In this document: in pieces, positions 24,672 to 37,700 of the stretch | How the letters are laid out: the number at the start of each line of letters is the position of its first letter | How positions within the stretch are numbered: position 1 is the stretch's first letter | Origin: Balanoglossus misakiensis | Lineage: Eukaryota; Animalia; Hemichordata | Direction of reading: 5' to 3' | Assembly: GCA_040954595.2 (NCBI GenBank) | Contig: CM082576.2 | Location: 4,066,760-4,130,759 of the forward strand | DNA length: 64,000 nucleotides | The notes under the pieces: model-generated | The model's input: only the letters and a program-made list of their open reading frames with translations | What the model was told of the DNA's origin: nothing | The model's database searches: none | Position numbers and translations under genes: made by a program

Positions 24672-27600
24672 TTATTCAAGAACTGGGTTATTTAAAATGT
24701 GGTCCAAGACTGCTTTGAGACCCTCGTATGTTTCTTCGCCGCTGGGGATGATCTGGTCCTCCGGCAGCAGGAAGCCGTATTCGCCAGTATCTCTCAATTC
24801 AACCAAGTAAGAATGCACGATGTTAGCGGAGCCGTATCCCCAGTCCAACGTCAATCCGGTTCCGCCAGGACCTAATGAACAAAATTGAAGATTGGGAGCA
24901 TTTGCAATGTTATACGGACAACTGTCGTAGTTTACATCTGATTTTATTTTTTTTTCAATATCTTTCGATACGTGACAAAATGCTGGGCGAGCCTTGATAG
25001 GTAATTGGGGGAAACTGACCTACTCAAACATGGATAAGTAGGTTGATTTGTGGATTGTTGGTTGGTTCAAGTATGAACTGGGGGTCGTGTCGTCATTATG
25101 GTCAATTCTGAGAATAGTTTTGCTCACCGATGACGTTGCCAGCCGTATAGACTGTCCCATATACCGACTGTATAGCTGCAGCTGCCGCGTTAGCACAAGC
25201 ACTCTGGAAGGACAAATTACAATGCTAACAGTTAATTCTAGGTAGACTTACATGTAATTATCTGTTCAGCAAAATAACAGATCGAAATCTCGTCAACCTT
25301 TTCGGATTAATTACGACTGAATTATAACATAGGAGCGTTTCAGTATGTCTACAAGACGTATGTAGCTGTTCCGTCCCATATTTCCATAGTTTAACTAGCT
25401 CTGTGTGCTGGAGAATTTTCATCAAATCAGCATCGAGATGAAAAAAAGCTTCATCTGAGAAGTCAGTGATGTTTACCTGGTCTGGATAATGCAGCGGCAG
25501 TTCCGCTGTATAGCACCAGGGCGTGGCCCAGAGTTGCCCGTAACAGTGGAAATCTATGAAGAGAGCAAACTGTTGCTTCTGTGATGTCGCAACTATGAAA
25601 TCGGCCACGGCTGCCACTTCACTTTCAGAGTGTGCAAAAGCTCCCCGGTAATCGCTGGCACAGGGGTCTGTACTGGAACCGGTCCCTGGAAAAACAAGAT
25701 GGAGGTTGGTTTCAGTGGGTAACGTCTACGCTGGTATTGAAAAATATGACATGAATAAAAAAAAAAACATTGTTTCTAGCGACTTATCGCGTCTACATTG
25801 CCCGGCAGAGATTTGGTAAGAATAAAGATGCCAAGTATAGAAGCATTTCTCACCTCCCCACATGTACTCGAAATTTCTGTTTCCATCCGTACCGGCACAG
25901 CTCGATCCGTCATTTGGTGAACGAGTTTTTCTCCACATCCGGTTCTGTTCACGTGAAAAGTGAAACAAGTCAGTGAGATTTAGTTCCTCGACAGATCACG
26001 ACAGATATCAAGAAAGTGGCCTGTTCTTCTCTTTCAACGATTATCATATTTGTCAGGAACCTTGTAATGATGGATCGACTTTTTGTAGTTCGCAAATAAT
26101 TTTGTAATGATGCGCATCGTTTCTGTGACAAAGTGACGTCATATCAGCGAAGATGGCGGCTACGTGAAAGCATGATGAGAACTAACCTCCACCCAGGTGA
26201 ATTCATAACCGTCTGGATTCATGACAGGCAGGATGTAGAAGTCATACGTATCCAAGTATTTCTGAACATTGGCATCTGTGGCGTAGTCTACCACCAGCTG
26301 AAATATTCATTAAAAATACATCGGTGTGTGCAACTTCAAGTTGCAGTTCTGCATTCTCTGTCACGGAAGACTGTGAACTGATTATTCCAAAATTAGAACA
26401 AACTGACTTGATTTACATGAACGTAAAGACAATAGTATATTCAGAATCATATACAATAGTTTTTTTCTGTTGCAATGTATTCTAAATAAAAACAATCGGG
26501 GATGTTCGTATGTTGAGACAGACAGACAAACAGCCATAGACATGTAGTCAGGCCTTTAAGGGAACCAACATAAAGAGTACAATGAACTTGAATGTGTATC
26601 TCTACCTGATTCGTCATAAACATAACTGTCGCCGGAGAAATCCATTCCCTTGCATGAATACCACCGTGAATCCACACAGCTTCCTTGCTAGAGTTTTGTG
26701 CTGATCCCACCTGAAAGGAGACGGTCGAGTTAGAAGTCAGTTTTAAACGTTTGGATGTTTATAGCTCTGTAAATAGAGACAGTTGACGGTGAGGACCGGG
26801 CTTTTTGGTCACGTACCTTCAAGGTTCGCAGTTCTCTGCCCTCATAGGATGTTCCGATCTGGACTTCCGCTGCCAATGATGGATAAGTTGTTGCCATTTC
26901 TTTTACCCATTGTTCAATCTTTTTTTGATATGGAAAAAAAACAGAAAATTATCGACAAGGTCACAAATGACAGGATCTCACCCCCACCCCCCCACCAGCA
27001 CCGCCCTTGGAGTGTAGACTTATTCCAATGCCAAGTACAAGTGCTCAAGACTGCAAAGTGGAAATAACACACGAAGCCTACCTCAGACAGATTATAATAT
27101 CTCGTGAAATCGTAGCCTGCCAGATCTGGCTGGTATATCTCTTGGACGTCCTGACCGACTTGGGAATCGATTAACTCTTGAACGTCGGCAATCATGACGT
27201 CATATCTCACAGCGGCAGCGTCCAGGAGTGCCTCGACCGTGGCCAACTTCTCGGGTGGGACCATGACGTCTTGAGGAAACTTCCAGAAATCAAGCTAGGA
27301 AAGAAAGGCGGAGAAGCGTCAAAATGGCCATCACTATAGCAACAAGAATTGTGTTCAATTGATGCAATTAAAGCCCAAGTCTTGAAAACATTCGTACCTT
27401 CTCTTCTGTTTGTAGCGTCTTCATTGTCTGCAGGTCCCTCTCGGTGTTCACATCAACACGCAACACTTTGTGTCTGAAATCAAAGATGGCCATTTCAACA
27501 AGAGAGAGTGATGGAAACTAGATGTTCTGTAAACGTTGTGTGTAGATACGATCACGGTTCCAAAATGCAGTTTTTCACTCGTCCCCTCTACATCGTGTGT

Positions 27601-27870
27601 ATTTATTCGTCAATCATTTTTCGTGCAAAATCTCAGCATTTGTCATCAGTGTTTATAGTGTACCGCTTGATCTGTAAGCCTACGGGCGCCTCAGTCTTTT
27701 GGTTGAGTCTCCAAAGTGCAACCTGTGCGAGATGATCACTGAATGACTTGGTAGGAATTCCACTCGCGTCACTTTACTTACCCATCATAGCGAACAGTTG
27801 ATCCCTGACAACTCAGGATGGTGCAGACAACCACCAACAGCAGCATCGGGACCGTTGGGGAAGAAAGCAT
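24672..27870 (-). CDS. M14A metallocarboxypeptidase copy 2, Leu255, Tyr248 apparently absent
   Basis: 10 exons. Signal exon (MLSSPTVP)MLLLVVVCTILSCQGSTVRYDG with in-frame ATGs at 27870 and 27846. Motifs [47 protein letters not shown] and VELRD. Confidence 0.92.
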
Positions 27871-28791
27871 TATTAGGGCCTTTCGACTTTTTGGGAGAGT
27901 ATGGCAGACTCGCGAAGAGGGGGTCTAGAGCGTCTGGTTGTGATCTGTACAGCGCGTCCACGAAACGTGAACTGTGACTTGTGTGTGTCATGCAAAGGGC
28001 ACGAGACTCATCCTCGTGTTTTTGTCAAAAGCTGCGAATTTTTAAATAATTATATCTACGATATTATCTGTCCTTGAAAACAATAGTTGGGTGGGGGTTC
28101 GCGATGAGCAACTATACCTATCGGGTCTGCAAGTAAATTAAAAATTAGCCTATCGTATTAGTTTGCATTTTGGCATCGGACTGGGAACAGGCTTATCACT
28201 GACAGTTCCACTTTCAGAAGTTCAGTTGTGTGATTCAGAGTCCATCTCGGGAAATAGTCGTGTGCTGTTTCCCCACCATGGCTATTCAATAGCGTTTTAA
28301 CTCGTTCCACACTGGTAAATTATAACTCAACAAATATCAGTGAGCGGAACATCGTAAATAATTCCTAGCATGAAAAAGTACCAATGAAAACAGTGTCACA
28401 AAGTACGTACGTTCTTTATCACTTTTAATTGATAAACGAGCTTCACTGACCCATATCATTTAGTCAATCATGTATTCCATTAAAGCGTTATCTCTGATGC
28501 AGGGGACATTTGTGAATTCCTCCCACCTGTGGTTAGTTAAACACTGATGTAGACGATACAAAATGAAGCTGGCGTGGCTTCATGTACGTGCTCAAATAAT
28601 TCCTTCTAGCTGCTACAGCCTTCAGAGCTGAAAATCAATTAAATTTTAAACCTTGGGCGACCGAACTACACCAGGTGTCGATAATTAAAAATTATCACCA
28701 GCATGTGGTATATTTGATGCACTGGCCGTGTTAACGTATTTGCCACTTGTTGAAGATATCTCTCTGCGCTGAGTCCGCGTATTTAGGCCTA

Positions 28792-31700
28792 ATGGTGCTG
28801 CTTCGTATACTTCTCGTGTCATTGGTTGTCTGCTCATGTTTAGCAGTGAAAAGATACGATGGGTTCGTAAATATCGATCTTAAGTACACGTATATTTTGC
28901 TAAGTGATTTTTTAGTTGTTGGTGAATTTTAAATATTCGTCTTCTAATTCCCAGAATGTCCAGACAGTGTGTGACAACGATTCTTGTCGATCGTGTCAAA
29001 AATGCCTCTTTTATTCAGGTTTCTATTCTGTGTTATTTGACAAATTAATAGATATAAACGACCCAGATACATTTCGTCCATCTTCAGACACGTTTTCTTA
29101 ACATCGTCGCAGTACTTAGTATTATGTGTCATATTATGTGTCATATGTTTATCTAGTGTCTGTGACAAATTATGATTGCTATAGATGTCGATGAATTGAA
29201 TATCAGATGCTCTAGTCTTTTCAATTTCGCATTTCATTATTTGCTGAACATAAATGTGTACCGAGCTCCGCATTAACCAAAGCTATACAGGACTATAGGG
29301 CCCGTTCTGGTCAAAATTATTTTTTATTAATTTAATGTGTAAGAATTAATTTTATGTTTCTGTGGCGGCGGCTGACGATGTCAGAAAAACACTGAACTTG
29401 CTGCTGCAGTAGTGATGAATATTATGGCGCCCTCAGCGGCGTAAGCCAAAGTTTGCCCCCGTTCCCGGCCATCGCTTCCTATTGAAATCACTCATTAGGA
29501 TTAGGAGCTCAGACACTTGGATGCATTGCGGGGGAAGGGAGAACCTGATTAACAATCAAGTCTGGAAAATACTTATTTTTAAGTGGCGTTCATACTGTTG
29601 TATTGCTATTTCTAAACTTTGGAGGACAAGGAATGCTAATATGGATATGTTTACTTGGAAAAGCTCAGCTAGGGTACAGACTTTGGATTTATGGCAACTT
29701 TTGACATGCTGTTGAACAATTTAGCAAATTTAGCAAACAGATCAAACTTCCAGAATTTGTTTCCATGTTTACAGGTGATCTTTCGCCTACTTTTGAATTT
29801 CCTTGGCGTCAGTAGGAAGGGCCAGGTCTCATTTGCTGACGCGTTTTGAGTTTCAATGGGACAACAGTTTGCTACAAATTAACGGGTCAACCTTTGACCT
29901 TACCCGTTTCAATTAACTCAACATCAAGGCAGTGTTAGGGTAATAAAATGACACAGACACGAGTATTTCATTTTAATCAAGTTCACTGAAAATTTTAATT
30001 TCAAAGTTTAAAATCCATAAACAAAAGAGGATACATGTATACAGTATTACCTGTATACTTACAATATGAAAAAAGAACCAATGCATTACTCAAGTGAAAC
30101 TCAAACCATTTTCGTTGCATCTCTGTTGACGGATACAAATCTACCATGCAATGCATACTAAGTATACTACTCCACAGAATGTTCTGTGAAGAACTGAAAA
30201 CAAATCCCCTCAATATATGGCAAAGGCCCACCTTCCAAATCAAACGACTTCGACATTTACAAATGGTGAACAGAGTCATTCATCTTTTCAATTTTTAATG
30301 AGAATTTGAATTTCAGGCTAGGTTGCTGTAATTGCCGTTCTGTGGCTAGTGCAAGTGTAGTTAGGTGAAGGATTAGTTTGTCAACAGAAACAGCATACAG
30401 CATTGGGGCAATTTAGAAACAAAATCAAAGAGTTGTAATTTACACAATCATGCCAAATTTTCCAAGAAACTTATGACACATAGCAGAGCATACCATAGCA
30501 TTGCATTGCATCGCCTTGGTAAACATCAATGGAAATGCTATTGTCTTTAGATGATAGGTGGTCACTGCAGACTGCCAGTAACAGTTACAGCTGCATCGCG
30601 GAAAATGGACACTTCGTCCTCAGCTTGGTTGCCGGATACCCATCTGGTCTTTGCATCTGCAAAACAAACAATGTAGAAATGAATGTCTATAATTAGATAC
30701 ATGGACATGAAACAAAGCATGATAACCAAACTGTACGCCAATTGTTGTTCATTCGCAGATGGTACATCATGCAAATCTGTATGGCTTCCTGGAATTTCAC
30801 TCTATTTGGCAACTTGATTAAATTCTACTGCAACAACAATAGAGATCTGCCAAAATGAGCTCATAATTTTACTTAGTTAAACTGACAACTCCTGGACATT
30901 GTGAACAACCACACCCCACCCACACACCCCTTACTATGTATCGTCTCCGTCATGGCTTCAGTTTTCTGTCCCACAATTCTTACCTTCCCACAACCATGCA
31001 GTAATCTTTGGACATCAATCACACAGGCTGGCAATCACCTTAGCATCATCTATGGGATCCCTGGAATAAATGAAGAGTGTGTAAATGGAATGTCTCCTTC
31101 AAAGATGGCGAACACGTTTGTGCAAAAACAAAATGTCCACCTCTTGCATCCAGCAGTCAGGTCGGTTTTAAAACGTTGAATTGACATCCACATAAAGGAC
31201 TGGGTCCATATTGTTACATGCATGTTTGTGTTAAATCATTTCGCTTGACTGGGTAACGGCACCAGTCTGAATCGATAAAAAATCTTCAAAATATCCACCA
31301 TGATAAATGGGGCTTTGTCTATATCGCTTGTCAAACCTTGCTAAATTGAAACCTCTGGTCTTCGTTCAGCCATTGAACATACTACCCTTACCGCACCCAG
31401 CTATACTACTGCATGCAATACCATTATGAGTTGATCTCGTCCCTGCATCTGCAAAACAATGAAACGAAGTGAATGTCGGTGATATTCATGATCGTTCAGC
31501 CATTGAACATACTGCCCTTACCTCACCCAGCTCTACTGCTGCATGGCAATTAGGCCCAAGTTTGGTTGATGAATACCATTATGAGTTGATCTCGTCTCTG
31601 GATCTGCAAAACAAGCAAATGGAGTGAGTGTCTGCAATATTCATGATCGTTCAGCCACGGAACATACCTGCCCTTACCTCACCCAGCTATACCGCTGCAT

Positions 31701-34700
31701 GGCGAAAAAACTCTGGTCTCTGCATCTGCAAAACAAGCAAATAAAGTTAACGTCTGGAAAGTAAATACCTTATTTACCATAAAAACAGACTAACAGAGAC
31801 ATACACACAAGAGAAGATGAGCGGTGCGGAAATAAACCACTCTCAGTTTTATCAATACACGTATGTTTTTAATATTTTTTTATTGAATAATGACGAAAGA
31901 TAACATATCTAAAAAACCTGTATTAACTATATACGTGAGCGGGAAGATGATCGGTACGGAATAAACCACTCGAAGTATTTTGAGTGCGTGTATGTTTTTA
32001 TTTTATTTTTATTGAATAATGCCGAAAGATAACATATCTAAAAAAAAAACTGTATTAACTATATACGTGAGGGGGAAGATGATCGGTACGGAAATAAACC
32101 ACTCCAAGTATTTTGAGTGCGTGTATGTTTTTATTTTATTTTTATTGAATAATGACGAAAGATAACATATCTAAAAAAACCTGTATTAACTATATACGTG
32201 AGGGGGAAGATGATCGGTACGGAAATAAACCACTCCAAGTATTTTGAGTGCGTGTATGTTTTTATTTTATTTTATTTTTATTGAATAATGACGAAAGATA
32301 ACATCTAAAAAACCTGTATTAACTATATACGTGAGCGGAAAGATGATCGGTACGGAAATAAACCACTCCAAGTATTTTGAGTGCGTGTATGTTTTTGTTT
32401 TATTTTTATTGAATAATGACGAAAGATAACATATCTAAAAAACCTGTATTAACTATATACGTGAGCGGGAAGATGATCGGTACGGAAATAAACCACTCCA
32501 AGTATTTTGAGTGCGTGTATGTTTTTGTTTTATTTTTATTGAATAATGATGAAAGATAACATGTCTGAAAAAACGCGTATTAATTATATTAAACCAACAG
32601 TCTAAGGGATGGGACCCACCCGCACCGGGGATTTTATTTATGTCTATATAACTTACTTGTTACGAAACTTCATCCACTGGTCTTCATTCAGCCATGGAAC
32701 ATACAAACGCTCACCTCATTGTAGTCTAGCTGCATGGCCCAAATATACCGTACAACTTACCGTGACACACATGCGCACACACTCACAACGAGCACCTTCC
32801 GATCGAAGCATTCAAAGCAGATAAACGTGTTGGTGCCGTGACAAAAATGACCCATGCACCGAGCATGTAGTCCATGTTGGTTCTAAAACATTAATGACAT
32901 CCGCATTGCTGCATTCTTCAGATTTGTGCAAAATCGGTTCGCTGAACTGGCTACCGGCACCAGTCAGAATCGTTGAAAGATCTTAAAAATTGCCCAAAAT
33001 TTGGCTAATACCGCTTACTCGTACATCATGCTTGATAACATCATAGCATCCACGCAGAACGTACAACATAAGGTCATCTGGGCATCTGCAAAAAATAAGG
33101 AAACAAATTGAATGCCTATCCATGAACATGAAACACAATATCAACCGTGATCACCGTACGCTTAACTGTTGTCCATACGCATATTGTACACGACGACAAT
33201 ATATGTTTTAGGGCTTCGCTGACAAGTAGCCCCAGCGTGGCACCATGCACATTTACATATTTTCAAATTTAGACCAACAGCCAAGCGGGACATTTTAAAC
33301 TCAGACAAAAAAATTCGGCAAAGACTGCACGGACACAAAAGTAACTGTTCCCAATGAAGAGTTTAAAGCTTATTTTTGCCATTGTCTGGTAGTATAATAC
33401 AACATTTGCATTCGCTCACACTCGAAAACACGCCGACTAAACGTGAACCCGCTTGTCAATTCATCGTAGCCCCCTCCCTTTCCCGAAAAACTACCTTTTT
33501 TTATTTACAAAAACTGCCGCCCACCAGTAGAGCTATAACACAGACTTGTCTTAATTTGATAAACCGTATATCTCAAGTTGAGTAACGCGAAAGGGCGGAA
33601 TTTGGGAATTAAAATGCAGGGAAGCGCTGACTCGAGCTGTCTGACTGTGACGCATCCAATTTTTCAATTCCGTGGTGTAAACGTCTGGCTTTTTAGTTGA
33701 CCGTAACTCGCCCCAGAATAACCCATGTTTCTGTTCAAAAATTGAGTAAATGTGTCTACTTCTGTTACTTTACTTACCGCTGTCGTCGTGAAAACTATCC
33801 AGCGGAGAAACTCTGTTTTGGGGGCAGAGTTCTCCGCATCTTCTCGTGGTCCGTGCAGTAGCGTGGCCGTCTGACTCTCTAATGAAAATGCACGGAAGGC
33901 GGAACGGAAATTTCCAAGTGGAGATGGTCCAGGTGGCTTCAACCAATCAGCAGCGAAAGCTTTGCATAGTCACGTCTCAAGTCACGTCACGTGACGTGAC
34001 CCGCATCAAAAGTGCTGACACAGTTACGTAACTGTTGAAATTTCGGATTATTTTTTGTCGTAGTTTGCCAGACATTTTGAACATCAAACGAGTCCACGTC
34101 CGAAAGAGTTTACCATGCGCTTTGAAATGTTGGAGTAGGGGAAAATCAACTGAACATCATCGTCACCTAAATATCTATTCACAAACAATGCGTTCTAAGA
34201 TTCTAATCAGAATAAAACATTTTCAAATATCTGCATTTTTGACTCTTTTTGCCAGGTGGAAAGACCTGACCATGTATTTCAACTATCGAGCACACTTCAT
34301 TTATATTGGACGACGAACCGCCCCGAAACGAGTACAACGTCCCCTTTTTGAACTTTATGAGAGAAAGACATTGTCAGCCGCCGCCGTCTTTGATTTAAGA
34401 AAACGTGCGCAAAGGACTGTGGGATCAATTCGGCCAAAATTAATTCGACACAACAAAGTAATAAAACATAATTTTGACCAGAACGGGCCCCCAAAACACA
34501 TTAAATTAATAAAACATAAGTTTGTCAAGTGAAGCCAATTTGTAGCTGTTACACCAATACAAATACATGTAAATAAACCTGGTAATGCTTCGGCATCAAA
34601 AATATACAATTTGAGTACAGTCTGAAGTGCGCGACTTTATAATGTGTTTGATGAAAGGAAGCTTATAAGTTTGGTTGGCGGAATCTTGTAGATTAGTTTA

Positions 34701-37700
34701 CGCATGAAGCTGGCTCCATGTTTTACATATGCCACTTTGGATTTCAAACCGACGCAGGGATTCAAAATAACGACATTGCCGTCGCCGCGAGCGAATACAT
34801 GTACTAGTAATTAGCTTGGGTGTGAGCACGATTAATTACATTACAGGTGTCAAGTACTGCGAGTGGACGTTGGGAGTGGCGACATGAAAGTCATGCACGA
34901 CCTGCTTGATTCGCAAGAGGTGAGCACCCAGTTACTGCAGATGGCATTTGAATTGTCCACTGTCCATATTCATTTTCCGTGTCCAGTGGATTTATTTATT
35001 TCTGTCGCGCGTATCAGTGAAAGCAAAACCAGTGGATGAATATTAATTCGAAAATGTTCAAACTCTTCTAATGGCAACCGAAAACGACACTATACCTGTT
35101 TATGTGCCCATGCTGGTATGACATCGTAATCATTCACCGTTATATACAAAATCGCACTCAAACAATGAAAACAATTTTGTTCCAGAAGGAGTGCGCATAT
35201 TCAAATACTATGATTGACTCTTTCGTTTTATCACATCACGTTTACGGCACGTCATGTCACGTTTGTTTCCAACCAGGTTGAATTCTGGAATTTTCCGCGT
35301 GACGTCATGGTTGATACAAACAATATTGATGAAATCAAAGGTATCCTGGAGGACAACAACATCAAGTTCAGTGTCTGGGTTGACAACGTGCAAAGTTTGA
35401 TTGACAACCAGTTTTCAACCCAGTTCGGCGGCCGCATCAACTTCGACTATTCCGTTTACCACACATATGAGGAGGCAAGTTGAGTGATCTAGCTCATGTT
35501 TGTTCACACAAGGCACAGTCCATTTACTACTTCTAGAGGGACTATGCACAAGGTATATTGCTGCACCATTGCCGCCTGCTTGTCAGTCATACATGCGGAT
35601 ATGTCCCAGTTTCCTGCTAATGACTTATTAATTTGCATATTTTAACAGGAATGTTGATTTGCTGAGCCGCTTTTGATGCAACCTGCTATTGAAATTGACA
35701 CTGTACAGACAAAACAGTTGTCTACTTGGCAGTTTGCATCGGGCAGTCTGTGCAAATAAGGTATAACCTGTGAAAAAAATATACACAGCGCCAATTGAGA
35801 TTTGTCAAAAACTGCTAACGCGATTTCTGTTCTTTTTCTCGCACAGATTCAGGAGTGGGTTCTGTCCACAGCCAGTAATCATTCAACCCTAGCTTCAGAC
35901 TTTGTAGTGACCCAGTCTTACGAAGCGAGGCCGCTCAATGCCCTTTTGGTAGGTATACCGACATGGCTGTGCACACAAGCAACCACATTAGCAAGTCAAC
36001 AACACAGTGTGCATAATTGAGTCAATTAGCTGAATACGGAATTTCGATCAAATTTGAGCATTTTTTTTCACTACAGATTGGAAGCGAGTCTGCAACACCG
36101 AAAGAAGCTATCTGGATCGAGGGAGGAATCCACGCCCGTGAATGGATATCGCCAGCCACTGTCATGTGGATGACCAATCAGGTTCGCGAGTTGGACTTTA
36201 AATGAACCAATCAAAAGGGCCGAATCTGTGCGCGGTGAAGCGGGGGGGGGGAATAGTTCAGTGGCATCTGTCTGCAGTGAAATAGTGAACTTGAATCATT
36301 ATGTCACCATGAATACGATAGAATGTTGGCCTGTAGTATCCTTGAGTTAGAAAGCCACGCCGAAAGAAGGGGTAAATAAACGACCAACAATAAAAAAAAG
36401 TTCAGCAACCAACGCTGAATCACAAAGACTATAACAAAAGTGAAACTTGCTCAAAGAAAACTCACAATCATGCATTTTCCCTTTCTTCAGCTTCTTGAAG
36501 ATTATTCAGTCGATCCAGAAGTTCAGTCAATGCTAGATCAGTTTGATATCTACGTTCTCCCCTTGTTGAACGCAGACGGATATGTCCACACTTGGGTTGA
36601 GGTAAGATCCGATTATATTTGGTAAGTTTCTTACATCCACTGACGGATGCTGACCGATTGGTTTCTAAAAATGTGGAAGCAATACTTCTAAATTTGGAAG
36701 CCGTCTGATGATCGGTTGAAAAGCATGTATAGAAGTCCTCCTTATTGTATTTTTTACTATTTCAGGACAGACTCTGGCGAAAAACTCGCAGTCCAAATGC
36801 AAATTCCACTTGTGTTGGAACTGATGCTAACAGAAACTGGGATGCTATGTGGGGAGGTAAGTTGTGCCAGCCCTATATTACTGCAGGTAATTTGGATGTA
36901 GACCAAACCAGCAACTAAAACGGTTGCGTGTAATCTACTTCTTTACTGTCCGGGCAATTAAGATCGTCTAGCAATAACCCACATTTCGTTGCAACAAGCT
37001 GGTCTTTCTGAGAAGACGGCAAACCACTGAAGGACAATTCTTCTTCCTCTCTCAGAAACGGGTGCGTCAAGCTTTCCATGCGCAAGCGATTACCATGGAG
37101 CCAGTCCTCACTCGGAACCAGAAGTCAAGGGTATTGCAAACTTCATCGAGCAAACTGCGCTCACTCAGACCTTCCGTATGTTTCTGGACATACACAGTTA
37201 TAGCCAATTTTGGCTGACACCCTATGGCTATATGGCTCCCCTGCCAGCTGACTACGGTACGCAGGTAAATGAATGTACCTTTACTTTGCAAGAAATATTG
37301 TGAACGTTACAAGAATAACACACAGAAAGGGAAAAAAAACAAATCTAGTGTGTTCGCCACCATTTCATTCATGCCTACCACAAAGTGAGTTGTTCATGTT
37401 CTTTATTCTGACTTTAGATCAACTTGGCAATGGATGGTTGTGCTGCCATTGAGTCGGTCTATGGAACACCATACACAAATGGCACTTTCGAAGAATTATT
37501 GTGTGAGTGTTCTATTTCATTCGCGTTTTCGAGAGGTGACGTGAAACTTGTAAATCCTGTATTTCTTTGCTTACGGTATATTTGATTTGTTTTCCAGATC
37601 TGTCACTATGTTTACCATATCATTTGTGCGCATGTCATGGCGCATGTGTTAGAACTATTTATGAGTCAACCATTTTCCTCTGACTTTACTTGCAGATCTT

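Larger units (their letters stand above)
29298..34490. mobile_element. ~5.2-kb non-autonomous DNA transposon-like element bounded by ~55-bp imperfect terminal inverted repeats
   Basis: Left end gggcccgttctggtcaaaattat...tgtgt..gaattaatttt is the reverse complement of 34436-34490 (...ataattttgaccagaacgggccc). Subterminal motif ggcggcggctgacgatgtc (~29365) pairs with gacattgtcagccgccgcc (~34367). No transposase ORF and no clean TSD seen. Confidence 0.8.

Noticed and set aside
31813-32590. CRISPR-like or guide-RNA array in the 130-bp repeats
   Set aside because: The units are homogeneous over their whole length, varying only in T/A-tract length, with no variable spacer.
29298-34490. Autonomous transposon or Fanzor-type nuclease gene
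   Set aside because: No long ORF and no DDE, Myb or RuvC-like motifs were recognisable in any frame or in the spliced model.
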